A stretch of DNA of 47,357 bases, taken from the NCBI GenBank assembly GCA_945867505.1, contig CAMBIM010000002.1, positions 1 to 47,357 on the forward strand, written 5' to 3'. The stretch comes from Chitinophaga pinensis. GTDB lineage: Bacteria; Bacteroidota; Bacteroidia; Chitinophagales; LD1. Shown piece after piece: positions 9,212-19,707 of the stretch. The notes beneath the pieces were generated by a model, which searched no databases, was not told where the DNA came from, and worked only from the letters and a program-made list of their open reading frames with translations. The number at the start of each line of letters is the position of its first letter. Position 1 is the first letter of the stretch. The position numbers and the translations under genes are program-made.

Positions 9212-10487
9212 GATTTACTTTAGATATTTTTTGATTGAAATAGACAAGCGAGAACAGCGTTAAAATAATTCCTGCAACACTTGCCATGTATAATGCATTG
9301 ATGAAAAAGTTGCTGTAGCTCATTTCGGCATGACCGAAATTTTTAAACAACAAAACGCCTATGCTTCCGAGGTAACCGAACGAATCGGCAATGTAAATCA
9401 GGAAACCAACATTTGCCGGCTTGCGGGTGGAAGCAATCAACCGCTCGAAGAAAACAACATTGAAGGGAATATAGCCAAGATATAAGCCAAGCCCGTTCAA
9501 AACCATCCAATAAAAAGCAGAAATCTGATGATGCGTAAAAGCATAGGTTGAAATTCCTGCAATAGCAAAACCAATTATTACCATGTAATGATTGATTTGC
9601 AGTGCGCGAAAATTATTTTTCACCAGCATAATTAAACTCATGCAAAAAAGAACAGCCACTGAAATAGGCGTTTCGGTAGTGGTGAAAATAGAAGCATTGT
9701 CAAAACCAAGTTCTTTCCATATATCGGCTACAAAGTTGTCGCGAAAATCGCGTATAACGGAAAGCAATACGTAAGTCAGCACTAAAACAATTATGCCCGG
9801 TAAAAAGTGCGAGATAAATTCTCTTCTTTCTGCACCGGTCATGGGCAGGCGTGGACTGCGGTGTTCTCTGTCATCTTTATTTGGATGTGGGGTTTGCTCT
9901 AAAAGAAAAACGGCAATAAGCATAGGCACGAAAAAAATCATGGCCGTAACAAAGGGCATCCAGTATTCCGTTACGTGCATGTCCTTCATCAGCCATTTGC
10001 CTATTGATTTTACAAAGCCGGAAGAAAAAATAAAACTTACTGCCAATACGCTTCCCATAAATTCTGTAGCTCTTCTTCCCTCCAAATACGAAAACACCAA
10101 ACCCCAAACCATCCCTAACGGAATACCGTTAAAGAAAAAACAAAGAATATTAAACGGAGCGGGAACGAATGGGAGAATAAGTAAGCCAACAGCAGAAAAT
10201 GAAATAAGCCCAATAATTCCTGATGCCCGATGATGATGTTTCATTTCAGAAACAATGCGGATGCCTAAAAACTTACTCAAAGTATAGCCTGCTAACTGCG
10301 CAATAATGAACAGGATTTTCAGATTAATTCCGGCATAAGATTCTCCATCGAAAGTAGCCGCAGTAAATGGTTTCCGAAACGCATACATGCAACTGTAGGT
10401 GCAAAAGGCAATAATTGCCGCATACACTGCTATCAATGCAGTTGAACTCTTTTCTAATTTAGGAAGAAGCGGTTTAGGAATTTGCAT
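9204..10487 (-). CDS. 12-TM permease-like membrane protein (DUF5690-type), probable aminophosphonate importer
   Basis: 427 aa, about 12 hydrophobic helices. It lies between the HAD hydrolase (7-nt gap) and the FAD oxidoreductase (8-nt overlap). Confidence 0.65.
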   Translation of the reverse strand: MQIPKPLLPKLEKSSTALIAVYAAIIAFCTYSCMYAFRKPFTAATFDGESYAGINLKILFIIAQLAGYTLSKFLGIRIVSEMKHHHRASGIIGLISFSAVGLLILPFVPAPFNILCFFFNGIPLGMVWGLVFSYLEGRRATEFMGSVLAVSFIFSSGFVKSIGKWLMKDMHVTEYWMPFVTAMIFFVPMLIAVFLLEQTPHPNKDDREHRSPRLPMTGAERREFISHFLPGIIVLVLTYVLLSVIRDFRDNFVADIWKELGFDNASIFTTTETPISVAVLFCMSLIMLVKNNFRALQINHYMVIIGFAIAGISTYAFTHHQISAFYWMVLNGLGLYLGYIPFNVVFFERLIASTRKPANVGFLIYIADSFGYLGSIGVLLFKNFGHAEMSYSNFFINALYMASVAGIILTLFSLVYFNQKISKVNHE

Positions 10488-10494
10488 GAAATGC

Positions 10495-11202
10495 TTATTG
10501 TGCCGACACTATTTCTGCTACTTCCATTAAATCATCAATTAGGTGAGTGTGTTTTTCCTTTGCTAACTCTTTGCGCGTATAAGCACCGGTGGTAATGCCG
10601 ATGACAAATTTGCATCCCGCAGAAGTTCCTTCTTTTAAATCCGAAATGGTGTCGCCAACTTTTGCTACTTCGGTGGCAGACTTTATTCCAGCAATTTTCA
10701 TGGCTTCAAAAATCATATCCGGATGTGGCCTTCCGTTTTTTACTTCATCGCTGGTTACCGAAAAATCAATCAACTGATTTTTCGTCCAGCCTAATCGCTT
10801 AATAATTGTATCGGCAATATCGCGACTAAAACCGGTGTCAATACCCACTTTAACTTTTTTCTCTTTAAGCAATTGAAAAATAGCTTCGGCATTCTCTTTT
10901 GCTTTTACCGATGAATCGGTTTTGTAAAACGAAATCATATCCTTCAAAAATTCTTGATGAATTTTTACTACTAAATCGTTCAGCTTTGGTGCTTTAATAC
11001 CAAAATCGTTTTTCAATAATTGCTCAATGGCAACCGGCTTGGGAATACCCATTACTTTATTTGCATCTTCCCGTAGTATATTGTAATCAAACTTTTTAAA
11101 AGCATGGATTAGCGAAGCATGAACATTGTCTTTGTCCTCAACGGTAGTTCCCGCCATATCAAATACAACTAACTTAATTGCCATGGGTTTTGTTTTGTGC
11201 AA
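10495..11202 (-). CDS. HAD-superfamily phosphonatase-like hydrolase (PhnX-like, TIGR03351-type)
   Basis: HAD motif I VVFDMAGTTV, motif III/IV ...KVGDTISDLKEG. Size and gene context match phosphonoacetaldehyde-hydrolase-like enzymes. An alternative start is Met7 (11184). Confidence 0.8.
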   Translation of the reverse strand: MHKTKPMAIKLVVFDMAGTTVEDKDNVHASLIHAFKKFDYNILREDANKVMGIPKPVAIEQLLKNDFGIKAPKLNDLVVKIHQEFLKDMISFYKTDSSVKAKENAEAIFQLLKEKKVKVGIDTGFSRDIADTIIKRLGWTKNQLIDFSVTSDEVKNGRPHPDMIFEAMKIAGIKSATEVAKVGDTISDLKEGTSAGCKFVIGITTGAYTRKELAKEKHTHLIDDLMEVAEIVSAQ

Positions 11203-11264
11203 AACAAATTTTCTTTTGCTAAATGATACGTTAAGGTTGCATTAACATTTACAGATGCAACTTG

Positions 11265-12341
11265 CTAAGGTTTACTTAGTGCTTTACCCAATGCAGCAAT
11301 TCTCGGAACTAATTGATGCCATAACTCTTTTTCATTTGTTACGTATTCTGTCCACAGCGTTGCTTCGCCACCAATAATATTTTTGTTCTGTTCTGCTGAA
11401 AGCAATTTTGATTTTGGCGTAAACCGCTCTACCTTTTTTACTGGTATATACGTCATCCACCAAGCGTGTTTTTTATCTTTTGCAGTTTGCGGATAATCAA
11501 AATAGCAATAGAAACGCGGAGCCATTATTACCTGATTGCCGTGTTTCGCGCCTTTGATTCCAGCACCTTTTCCGCGCCAACTCATCACTAATGTACTATC
11601 GTTAATTCCACCGCGAATAGCTTCGCCCCACATAATGCTTCGTCTTCCTTTGGTTAAAAGATAATCTTCCAACTGTTTCATAAAGTAATGTTGTATTTGC
11701 TCACCACTTTTCAAATTTTTCTCTTTCATCAGCTGTTTGCAAAATGGGTTTTGCATCCATTGCTGTTTAGGCACCTCATCTCCCCCTATGTGTATGTATG
11801 GCGATGGAAACAATGCACATATTTCATCTAACACATTAAACAAGAAATGAAAAGTAGTATCGGTTGGGCATAGAATATCTTTATGAATTCCCCAACGGTT
11901 AGAAACCGAAACAGGCTTACCGGTGCAACCCAAAAACGGATAAGCGGCAATTGCTGCAGTTGAGTGACCGGGCAAATCAATTTCAGGAATTACTGTAATG
12001 CTTTTGCTCGAAGCATACTTCACAATTTCATGTACATCATCTTGCGTATAAAAACCTCCGTAAGTGGTGCTGTCTTTTTCTTTTCGCCAGGCACCAACTT
12101 CTGTCAGCTTCGGATATTTTTTAATTTCAATTCGCCACCCTTGGTCATCGGTTAAATGCCAATGGAAATAATTGAGTTGGTATTTTGCTAGCGTATCTAT
12201 GTATTGCTTCACAATTTCTTTGGAGAAAAAGTGACGCGACACATCTAAGTGCATTCCGCGATAAGCGTATGATGATTCTAAACTTTGAGCATATGAACCT
12301 ATGCAGAGATAGCTGAAAACAACAAATAGAAAACTTCGCAT
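11265..12341 (-). CDS. Beta-N-acetylhexosaminidase, glycoside hydrolase family 20
   Basis: GMHLDVSRHF, WHLTDDQGWR and the catalytic HIGGDEV motif. The ATG at 12341 gives a clean signal peptide (MRSFLFVVFSYLCIGSYAQS). The ORF-track start at 12362 is TTG. Confidence 0.9.
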   Translation of the reverse strand: MRSFLFVVFSYLCIGSYAQSLESSYAYRGMHLDVSRHFFSKEIVKQYIDTLAKYQLNYFHWHLTDDQGWRIEIKKYPKLTEVGAWRKEKDSTTYGGFYTQDDVHEIVKYASSKSITVIPEIDLPGHSTAAIAAYPFLGCTGKPVSVSNRWGIHKDILCPTDTTFHFLFNVLDEICALFPSPYIHIGGDEVPKQQWMQNPFCKQLMKEKNLKSGEQIQHYFMKQLEDYLLTKGRRSIMWGEAIRGGINDSTLVMSWRGKGAGIKGAKHGNQVIMAPRFYCYFDYPQTAKDKKHAWWMTYIPVKKVERFTPKSKLLSAEQNKNIIGGEATLWTEYVTNEKELWHQLVPRIAALGKALSKP

Positions 12342-12386
12342 TGCAGCAGTATTAAATTTCAATCTTCAATATTAACCCTTCAATCA

Positions 12387-13400
12387 TTAAGCAGCTTTCT
12401 TTCTCCTGCCTTCAACAGGTGCATGAAGAATGGCATCAATAATATTGGGCAAATCATTGTCAAATTTTATTTGAACGGCTTGTTCATGTTCAAGCCAAAA
12501 CTTTACTTCGTCTTCGTTTAATCGGTCAGAGGTTCTAACTCCCATAGCGGCCAACTCACGCGCATTGCTGATTTGTTCGCTTTGTTTTTTGATAGGGATA
12601 ACAAATAGTTTCTTGCCCAGATAAAGTGCTTCGCTAACCGTTTGAAAACCTGCAGCGGTAAGTACTGAATTGCAATTAGAAATATCCTGAACAAATTTTT
12701 CGTTGTTTAACGGCTTTATCGTGCAGTTGTTGATGGTTCTTTCATACTTCGCAGTTTTAGAATAAATAATAAACTGATTGTTTGAAAGAGATTTTGAATG
12801 GAAGAAATGCAACAGCTCTTCATCGCTAAACGAATTCAAATAAACCAACGTGAAGTTTTTGTCGCTCACTACCGTATCTCTAATTTCGGAACGGATAACG
12901 GGATAGTAAATAAAGTCATCAAACTTCTGAAAGTGCATGCCTATTTTATTTTTTGTTGGGCACATTACTGTAGCAAAAAATTTTGTAGTGCGATTGCCTT
13001 TTACTCTTCTTAATTTTTTTGAAGTAACCGAATACATATTACCAATCCCCACCGATTTTACACCCGCAATTTTTGCACCCCACAAAGTAATGGGCTCAAA
13101 GTCGGAAATAATTAAATCATATTCTTTAAACGGAACGCACATTAGTCCGTATGCAAACGAAGCAAAGTTTGCTTTGCCTATAGATTTTAAAACTGAAATT
13201 TTGCCCTTCTTGCCATAGTAAAAACTAAACGCTTTATACTCGTAATTTACCTCAAAAGGCAAACTCATTTGCGCTTTGCCTCCGCTAATCAGCACATCCA
13301 ATTGTGTAACTTCAGGATGTTGTTTAAGCAGTTTGTAAATTTCTGTTGAGCGGCTAATATGCCCGTTGCCTGTTGCCTGAATTCCAAATAGAATTTTCAT
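12387..13400 (-). CDS. Glycosyltransferase, GT-B fold (MJ1255-like / GT28-related)
   Basis: N-terminal ILFGIQATGNGHISRS loop and C-terminal ...AAGFQTVSEALYLGKKLFVIPIKKQSEQ..NA nucleotide-sugar binding region. Confidence 0.7.
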   Translation of the reverse strand: MKILFGIQATGNGHISRSTEIYKLLKQHPEVTQLDVLISGGKAQMSLPFEVNYEYKAFSFYYGKKGKISVLKSIGKANFASFAYGLMCVPFKEYDLIISDFEPITLWGAKIAGVKSVGIGNMYSVTSKKLRRVKGNRTTKFFATVMCPTKNKIGMHFQKFDDFIYYPVIRSEIRDTVVSDKNFTLVYLNSFSDEELLHFFHSKSLSNNQFIIYSKTAKYERTINNCTIKPLNNEKFVQDISNCNSVLTAAGFQTVSEALYLGKKLFVIPIKKQSEQISNARELAAMGVRTSDRLNEDEVKFWLEHEQAVQIKFDNDLPNIIDAILHAPVEGRRKKAA

Positions 13401-13533
13401 AGCAAAATTGGTTTTAGATGAAACGAAAAGAACAGAGAGATTATTTCGTGTGGCGAGAAGAGTTGAGTTGGAGAGTCAGATTCGGAATTTCTTCCGTAGA
13501 AAAATGAGTTTGAAGCGTTATGTGTTTTTTGCT

Positions 13534-14412
13534 TCAAGCTATGCGGATTTCATTAGCAAATGAGGCTTTAGCGGAATTAGCTTCGCGGTGTTTATCGAAA
13601 GCATTCTGCATATCAATTATATCAGGCGAAAGTTTGCGGATGATGGTTTCATCTTCATTCTCTGTTGCAAATTGTAAGTCTTTAAAGTAAACCAAGTTCC
13701 AATCGTCTGTATACTCCAACGAAGTAAGATTCTCAATCCAGTCACCGGAGTTGAGGTAATGAACAATGCCATCGCCTCCTACATACTTTTTCATTACAGG
13801 TTCATGAATATGCCCGCAGATAACGTGCGAGTAGTTGTTTTGAATAGCAATTTCAGCGGCCGTCTTTTCAAAATTATTGATATGCTTAACGGCAGCCTTT
13901 ACACTATCCTTTACTCTTTTAGAAAGAGATATTTTTTCGCGACCAAATTTTTCAAGTATAAGATTGACAAATCGATTGATAAGTATCAGAATATCGTAAC
14001 CCGCACCGCCAATTTTAGCTAACCATTTAGAATGGCGCATAGTTACATCAAAAATATCTCCATGAAAGAACCAATGCTTTTGTCCGTCAATAGTCAGTAT
14101 CAGTTTGTCTTCTAAGTGAAGACTGTCTAAACTGAATCCACTGAACTTGCGCAGCAACTCATCGTGGTTGCCTGTAAGATAATACACTTGTGTGCCGTGC
14201 ATCATCATTTTAATTACGCGTTGAATTACGCGCCAATGCGAATCGGGAAAGTAAAATTTAGAAAGCTGCCAGATGTCAATAAAATCGCCATTGATGATGA
14301 GGATTTCAGGGTCGATACTTTTTAAATAAGTATTCAACTCTTCTGCATGGCAACCGTAAGTGCCAAGATGCACATCGGATATTACTGCCACTTTCATTTT
14401 CCTTTTTTCCAT
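13534..14412 (-). CDS. LpxH-like UDP-2,3-diacylglucosamine pyrophosphatase / metallophosphoesterase
   Basis: Calcineurin-like motifs VISDVHLG, INGDFID, LTGNHD, FHGD, ICGHIH. Confidence 0.75.
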   Translation of the reverse strand: MEKRKMKVAVISDVHLGTYGCHAEELNTYLKSIDPEILIINGDFIDIWQLSKFYFPDSHWRVIQRVIKMMMHGTQVYYLTGNHDELLRKFSGFSLDSLHLEDKLILTIDGQKHWFFHGDIFDVTMRHSKWLAKIGGAGYDILILINRFVNLILEKFGREKISLSKRVKDSVKAAVKHINNFEKTAAEIAIQNNYSHVICGHIHEPVMKKYVGGDGIVHYLNSGDWIENLTSLEYTDDWNLVYFKDLQFATENEDETIIRKLSPDIIDMQNAFDKHREANSAKASFANEIRIA

Positions 14413-14597
14413 GTTCTAAACGTTTCACAAATGTGTGCGGCACACATCAAGTCCACGTTCCCATTCCGTTAACATTCAATCAATGTTGTGTTTGGAAATT
14501 GTAAATGGTGCAGAAACGTTGTGGTGTTTTTAGGAGTATCCACAAATTGAATTTGAACGAAGAAAATTATGTTGATGTGTGCTTAACACAACAACCT

Positions 14598-16043
14598 TCA
14601 GAAACCGGTGATAGCAATTATACTTGACTTATTAAAAGGTGCAGGATTAGTAGTGCTTGGATGTTGAATAGATACAAAATAGGTTTTGCCATCAGGCGTA
14701 AACATATTTCCGGTAGTTTCGCAACCTTCGGGAGCTACCATAAAACGTTTCAAATCTTCCAGTGTTGGGTTTTTAATAGACAAATCGAGAAAGTAAACTT
14801 CGTTATAAGTTTCGTCTTTAGCTACAACCGTTGCGCTCGCGCTCCCGTTTCTATTGCCGTGTGTGTCTTCACTTATTACTAAATATTTTTTGCCTTTAAT
14901 GGTTACTGATGTCATTGCATCCGGGCTGCTGAAGCAGAACATTGAATCTATCTTGGTTATTCCGCCATTCAGTAATACGCGAAGTTTGTTTGTTTTTAAG
15001 TCCAATTCCAGAATTCGTCCAAACGGGTCTCTATAACTGTTGCCGGTTGTTCTGCAAAGTTCATTTAAGTGTTTAGCAGGTTTTCCACCCATCGCTATTT
15101 CTTTATCAAAATCAAATTCATTAGTGCCTGATTCGGTGATGTAAAGTTTGACATCTACTTCTTCAATCCATTCGTGGCTGATAAACATAGACGCCCCTTT
15201 ACGTACTGATACATCAATAATATCCATCAGCGAATCTTCCTGCATGGGCAGTTCAATCCATGTTCCGGTTTCTGCATCGGCACTTTGTTGGTAGGCGTAT
15301 AGTTGACCGTTGTTGTAATCACCTTTTTCTTTCGCTACATATTTAAATATGATGGCAGGCTTATTATCGCTTGTTAGGTAAACTGTTTTCCCATCAGGCA
15401 TGCATTGCGCATCTTCGTGGCGGTAACGCCCGAAGTTTTTAATCTTTTTAATTGCCTGATGCGTTTTAGGGTCTACTTCTATCATCCAACCATAATTCAG
15501 ATATTTCTTTTTGCAGTTGTAGTCAGCAGTATCTGTAATGCCAAAGCGGGAATTTATTTCTGTGTTGCTCAATGGAAATTCTTCTTCAGTTGTTAGAATA
15601 GTTCCGTTGGGTGTAATTGTTCCTCCGCAATTTCGAAATGTTTCGCCAACGTTGGAGAAATCAATGGCATGAAAGTCGCCTATTACTTTCCATTCCTCAT
15701 TTTCTTTTTTTACTTCAAAAACAGTTCCACCTCCACCATCGCCAAGTAACGCGTTTGGCTTGTGTTCTTCATGGTTTACATACAAATAACCGTGTTCGCT
15801 TGAGTTATCAATAGGAAGATAAATAACCATATCCTGACTTCCTTTAGCACCTGCACGAATACCCGAGTTTGTAACCACCGTGTCGTCTTCGCTAAAAAGG
15901 ATTCTGTATTTGAATCCTTCGGGAATTAGAACCGTGTGGTTATCGTAGTTAATGGCAACAGGTTTGAATAATTCATTTTGCATTTGTTTTGTATTGCAAG
16001 AAGAAATTATAAGCAGAAGAAAGAATGCCGGTGTATATTTCAT
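14598..16043 (-). CDS. PhoX-like (DUF839) phosphatase lipoprotein
   Basis: FRNCGGTITPNGTILTTEE resembles the NCAGG.TPWGT.LTCEE core of PhoX/DUF839 beta-propeller phosphatases. The ATG at 16043 gives a lipoprotein signal (MKYTPAFFLLLIISSC). Confidence 0.7.
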   Translation of the reverse strand: MKYTPAFFLLLIISSCNTKQMQNELFKPVAINYDNHTVLIPEGFKYRILFSEDDTVVTNSGIRAGAKGSQDMVIYLPIDNSSEHGYLYVNHEEHKPNALLGDGGGGTVFEVKKENEEWKVIGDFHAIDFSNVGETFRNCGGTITPNGTILTTEEEFPLSNTEINSRFGITDTADYNCKKKYLNYGWMIEVDPKTHQAIKKIKNFGRYRHEDAQCMPDGKTVYLTSDNKPAIIFKYVAKEKGDYNNGQLYAYQQSADAETGTWIELPMQEDSLMDIIDVSVRKGASMFISHEWIEEVDVKLYITESGTNEFDFDKEIAMGGKPAKHLNELCRTTGNSYRDPFGRILELDLKTNKLRVLLNGGITKIDSMFCFSSPDAMTSVTIKGKKYLVISEDTHGNRNGSASATVVAKDETYNEVYFLDLSIKNPTLEDLKRFMVAPEGCETTGNMFTPDGKTYFVSIQHPSTTNPAPFNKSSIIAITGF

Positions 16044-16143
16044 GCGGCTAAAGTATAAGCCGTAAAGCAAAAGCAGGTTAAATAATCATTACGATTTAGC
16101 AATTAGGTAACAATGCCTATTTACATTCGCTGAAAATTATTTT

Positions 16144-17094
16144 ATGAAACTGTCACGCAAAAATTTTCTGCAAACCGGCACACTTGCCGCCATTGGATCC
16201 GCTTTACCTACAGCTCTACAAGCCGAGCCTAAAATTATTTCACCTAACAGAAAAAGACTATTACGCATAGCACACCTAACCGATGTGCATGTGCAACCGG
16301 AATCGCCAGCACCTCATGGTTTTGCAGCTGCACTGCATGCCGCTCAAAACATTGCAGATAAAGCAGATATTGTTTTCAATACCGGTGATTGTATTATGGA
16401 TAGTATGAGTAAGCACAGAGACCGTGTTCAGTTACAATGGGATGTTTGGAATTCTACTTTAAAGAATGAAAACTCGTTAGAAATAATTAATGCCATAGGC
16501 AACCATGATATTTGGGGAATTACCATGCCACATGCTACCATCAAAGGCGATGCGCACTATGGCAAAAAATGGGCCGTTGAAGAATTAGGCATTAAGAACC
16601 GTTATTATTCATTCGATAAAAATGGCTGGCATTTTATTGTGTTAGACAGCACCATGCCCGTTGCCGGTTTTAGTTATACAGCTATGTTTGATGACGAGCA
16701 AAAGGAATGGTTGAAAGAAGATTTAGCAAAAGTACCAGCATCTACTTTTATTTGTGTACTAAGTCATATACCCATTTTAGCAGCTTGCGTATTTTTTGAT
16801 GGTGCAAAGGCAAAACACGATTGGCAAGTAGGCGGAGGAAACATGCACCGCGATGCGCAGGAATTAAAGAACATTTTTTTTCAACATAAAAACGTGAAAC
16901 TTTGTTTGAGCGGCCATATCCATTTGGTTGACCAGTTAGAATATTTGGGTGTAAAATATTTGTGCAATGGCGCAGTAAGTGGTGCCTGGTGGGGCGGTAA
17001 CAATCAGGAATTTCCGCCAGCATTTGCTACCATCAATTTATATGATGATGGAACCAGCGACCATGAATTACATTATTACAATTGGAAGTTTTAA
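16144..17094 (+). CDS. Tat-signal metallophosphoesterase
   Basis: N-terminal SRKNFLQTGTLAAIGSALPTALQA (Tat-like), then DVHV, TGDCI, GNHD, LSHIP, SGHIH calcineurin-like motifs. Confidence 0.8.
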   Translation: MKLSRKNFLQTGTLAAIGSALPTALQAEPKIISPNRKRLLRIAHLTDVHVQPESPAPHGFAAALHAAQNIADKADIVFNTGDCIMDSMSKHRDRVQLQWDVWNSTLKNENSLEIINAIGNHDIWGITMPHATIKGDAHYGKKWAVEELGIKNRYYSFDKNGWHFIVLDSTMPVAGFSYTAMFDDEQKEWLKEDLAKVPASTFICVLSHIPILAACVFFDGAKAKHDWQVGGGNMHRDAQELKNIFFQHKNVKLCLSGHIHLVDQLEYLGVKYLCNGAVSGAWWGGNNQEFPPAFATINLYDDGTSDHELHYYNWKF

Positions 17095-17122
17095 TACTTT
17101 GTTCATTCAAAACATCACGATT

Positions 17123-17785
17123 ATGTCTAAAGCAATTAACTATCTTCAGCCCGATGTGCCCTCGGCTTTACCTTGGCACAAACCCAAAACAATTATTGCT
17201 ACTAACGATAATCTGAAAGGCTATGGTTGTTTGGTAAGTAAAGAGGATTACCAAAATTTTCCCATAGAAATTGTGCGATGGCCCAAAACAAAAGGGCGAC
17301 CAGTAGATGCTGGTACGGGTGATGAGGCAGGCACTAAAAAGGGCATTTTCGATTTCTGGTGGGAGGGCGATATTCTTTTCGGAAAGAATAATGCAGTGAA
17401 TGATGAATACCTTTTAGGCTGGAGTGTAAACCCTAAAGATGCAGTGCGCGAAAAGGAAATTTCATCATCGCCAAAGCGTGTTTTATTGTGGCATGCTAAC
17501 TATCATCCGGATGGTGGTCAATTATTCTTTCCTCTTGATGGAACTCCTTTTGTAACTCCACTCGCTATGCCCGGTGATGATATTTTGCCCGAGCATTTTG
17601 TCAATTTTTATTTTGATGGTTCTATGGGTTTATACATTCATCCAAATGTTTGGCATGAAGGAATTTTTCCTTTAGCAAAACGGGCACAATTTTATGATGA
17701 GCAGGGAAGCATACACGCCAGAGTGAGTGTAAACTTTGCTAACGAGTTTGGTGTATTTTTAGAAACAGTTTTAAACCGACCGTAA
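17123..17785 (+). CDS. Cupin-fold protein, ureidoglycolate-lyase-like
   Basis: NYHPDGGQLFFPLDG...GLYIHPNVWHEGIFP parallels ERHPLGTQAFIP...NVWHHPLF of AllA-type enzymes. The start is moved to the ATG at 17123, because the listed 16979 start overlaps the preceding gene. Confidence 0.5.
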   Translation: MSKAINYLQPDVPSALPWHKPKTIIATNDNLKGYGCLVSKEDYQNFPIEIVRWPKTKGRPVDAGTGDEAGTKKGIFDFWWEGDILFGKNNAVNDEYLLGWSVNPKDAVREKEISSSPKRVLLWHANYHPDGGQLFFPLDGTPFVTPLAMPGDDILPEHFVNFYFDGSMGLYIHPNVWHEGIFPLAKRAQFYDEQGSIHARVSVNFANEFGVFLETVLNRP

Positions 17786-17828
17786 TAACACTTAAAGAAT
17801 TACTTTACACACTTAAAATAAGGCTGTC

Positions 17829-19664
17829 ATGCAAAAACATTTATTCTGTATTCTTATCTTCTTCCTGCTTTCGTTTTCTGGCAAAGCGCAACTATCGGTT
17901 TATCATCCAATTCAAAAAGACATAAATGGCAATTTGGTACATTGGTACAATCCTAACCACGGAACTTCCTACGACCATTGCTTAGAGTTGGTCTGGAATT
18001 TTTGGAAAAATGTAGATACCTGTTGCGGAGGTCATAAATTTTATATGATGGATCACTCGCACAACGCTACTATTTCGGGCAATAAACTTGGAGGAGACCA
18101 GTTGGCAATGGCACTTTCTTCCTGGTCGCTTTATTATGCTTACACCGGTGATACCGATTTGATAAAGAACATGGTTTACATTGCCGACCATTACATTACC
18201 CATAGCCTATCAAATAGTTTTGATGCCTGGCCTAATTTTCCTTATCCGTGCAATTATACCTACACCACCTTACCATTGTATGACGGAGATTTTTTGTTAG
18301 GGGCTGGCTGGACACAACCCGACAAAGCTGGTTCATTTGCCAATGAGTTGGTGACTCTTTATAAAATAACCGGCAAAAACAACTATCTGCAACTGGCTGT
18401 TGGTATTGCCAATACATTAGCCGATAAAGTTCAGCCCGGTAATGTTGCCACTTCACCCTACCCTTTTAAAGTTAACGCAGGAGATGGAAGTCTTCCACCC
18501 TCAGTACCCGCTACTTGGCACTACACAGCCAGCCTTGTTCCTATTTTACGGTTGTTCGAGAATCTTAAAAAGTTGAATCAAGGAAATATTGTGCAGTATG
18601 ATACTGCCACTGCCAAAATAATCCGATGGGTTAAAACCTATCCATTGCAAACCAACGAATGGGGTTCGTTTTTTGAAAATATAGCGGTACCTTCTAACAC
18701 TGAAATAAATTCAGTAAGCATGGCATGGTATATTTTAGAGCATAACAGCAGTTGGGGAAATACTTGGCAGCAGGATTCAAGAAGCATTTTGGATTGGACA
18801 CTTAGCGCACTTGGAAGCCACGCTTACGATACACTTGGAGTTACAGCCATTTTCGAACAGAGCGTAGATTTGAAAGAAGCAGGAAGTCATACCTCGCGCC
18901 TTGCCGCTACCGAACTACTTTACAGCAAACTTACAGGAGATACTTCGCGTAGAGTTCAAGCCTTACGCCAGTTAGATTGGTCGAACTATTTATGCGATTT
19001 TGACGGTAAGGTGCGGTTCACCCCACCATCCGGCACTGTTTGGTATACGGATGGCTATGGCGATTATGTAAAACATTTTTTAAGAGCAATGGCAGCTTAT
19101 CCTATTGTTGCTCCGGATAGCAGTAATCACTTACTTGAATCTTCATCGGTTATTACTTACATGCAATATCTGCCTTACGAAATACACTACAACTCCTATG
19201 ACGATTCATCGACAGAAACGTTGCGCCTTGCTTCAAAGCCACTGGAGGTAAAAGCGGGTGGTGTTTCATTAAATGAACTGGGCTCACTAATTTCAGAAGG
19301 TTGGACATGGACACCTTACCCGCTAGGCGGAGTTCTGAAAGTTCGTCACGATAATGCTGCAGGCATAGACATTTTATGGGCAGGTACGGGTATTAGAGCT
19401 AATGATGATGGAAAATTAATTGAGTTGTTTCCTAATCCTGCAACTGAACAAGTGGGAATTCATTTTACATCGAAACCAATTGATGATGTAAAGATTGAAA
19501 TAATAAATGCAACCGGTGAAAAAGTGAAAGAGTTGACTGCAAATGTTTCTTCTTTCAGCAATAGAGTACAGCTGAATGTATCCGATTTGCAATCCGGAAT
19601 TTATTTTTTGCATATCAGTTCAGTAAATTTTTCTGCATCTAAAAAATTAGTTGTCACAAAATAA
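17829..19664 (+). CDS. Secreted protein of unknown function with T9SS C-terminal sorting domain
   Basis: Signal peptide (ILIFFLLSFSGKAQ), a ~520-aa W/Y-rich body, and C-terminal LFPNPATEQVGIHF...GIYFLHISS...KKLVVTK. Confidence 0.7.
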   Translation: MQKHLFCILIFFLLSFSGKAQLSVYHPIQKDINGNLVHWYNPNHGTSYDHCLELVWNFWKNVDTCCGGHKFYMMDHSHNATISGNKLGGDQLAMALSSWSLYYAYTGDTDLIKNMVYIADHYITHSLSNSFDAWPNFPYPCNYTYTTLPLYDGDFLLGAGWTQPDKAGSFANELVTLYKITGKNNYLQLAVGIANTLADKVQPGNVATSPYPFKVNAGDGSLPPSVPATWHYTASLVPILRLFENLKKLNQGNIVQYDTATAKIIRWVKTYPLQTNEWGSFFENIAVPSNTEINSVSMAWYILEHNSSWGNTWQQDSRSILDWTLSALGSHAYDTLGVTAIFEQSVDLKEAGSHTSRLAATELLYSKLTGDTSRRVQALRQLDWSNYLCDFDGKVRFTPPSGTVWYTDGYGDYVKHFLRAMAAYPIVAPDSSNHLLESSSVITYMQYLPYEIHYNSYDDSSTETLRLASKPLEVKAGGVSLNELGSLISEGWTWTPYPLGGVLKVRHDNAAGIDILWAGTGIRANDDGKLIELFPNPATEQVGIHFTSKPIDDVKIEIINATGEKVKELTANVSSFSNRVQLNVSDLQSGIYFLHISSVNFSASKKLVVTK

Positions 19665-19707
19665 AACGGCAGGAAAAAATATAGCCCTGCGTCTAATTTG
19701 AACGCTC

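Noticed and set aside
13505-13540. Inverted repeat ttgaagc/gcttcaa overlapping the stop of the LpxH-like gene, considered as a terminator.
   Set aside because: The stem is only 7 bp and AT-rich, and there is no clear T-run on the minus strand. Too weak to call.
16979-17122. N-terminal 48-codon extension of the ureidoglycolate-lyase-like ORF.
   Set aside because: It overlaps the last 116 nt of the metallophosphoesterase gene in another frame. The ATG at 17123 gives a sensible start 28 nt after that gene's stop.
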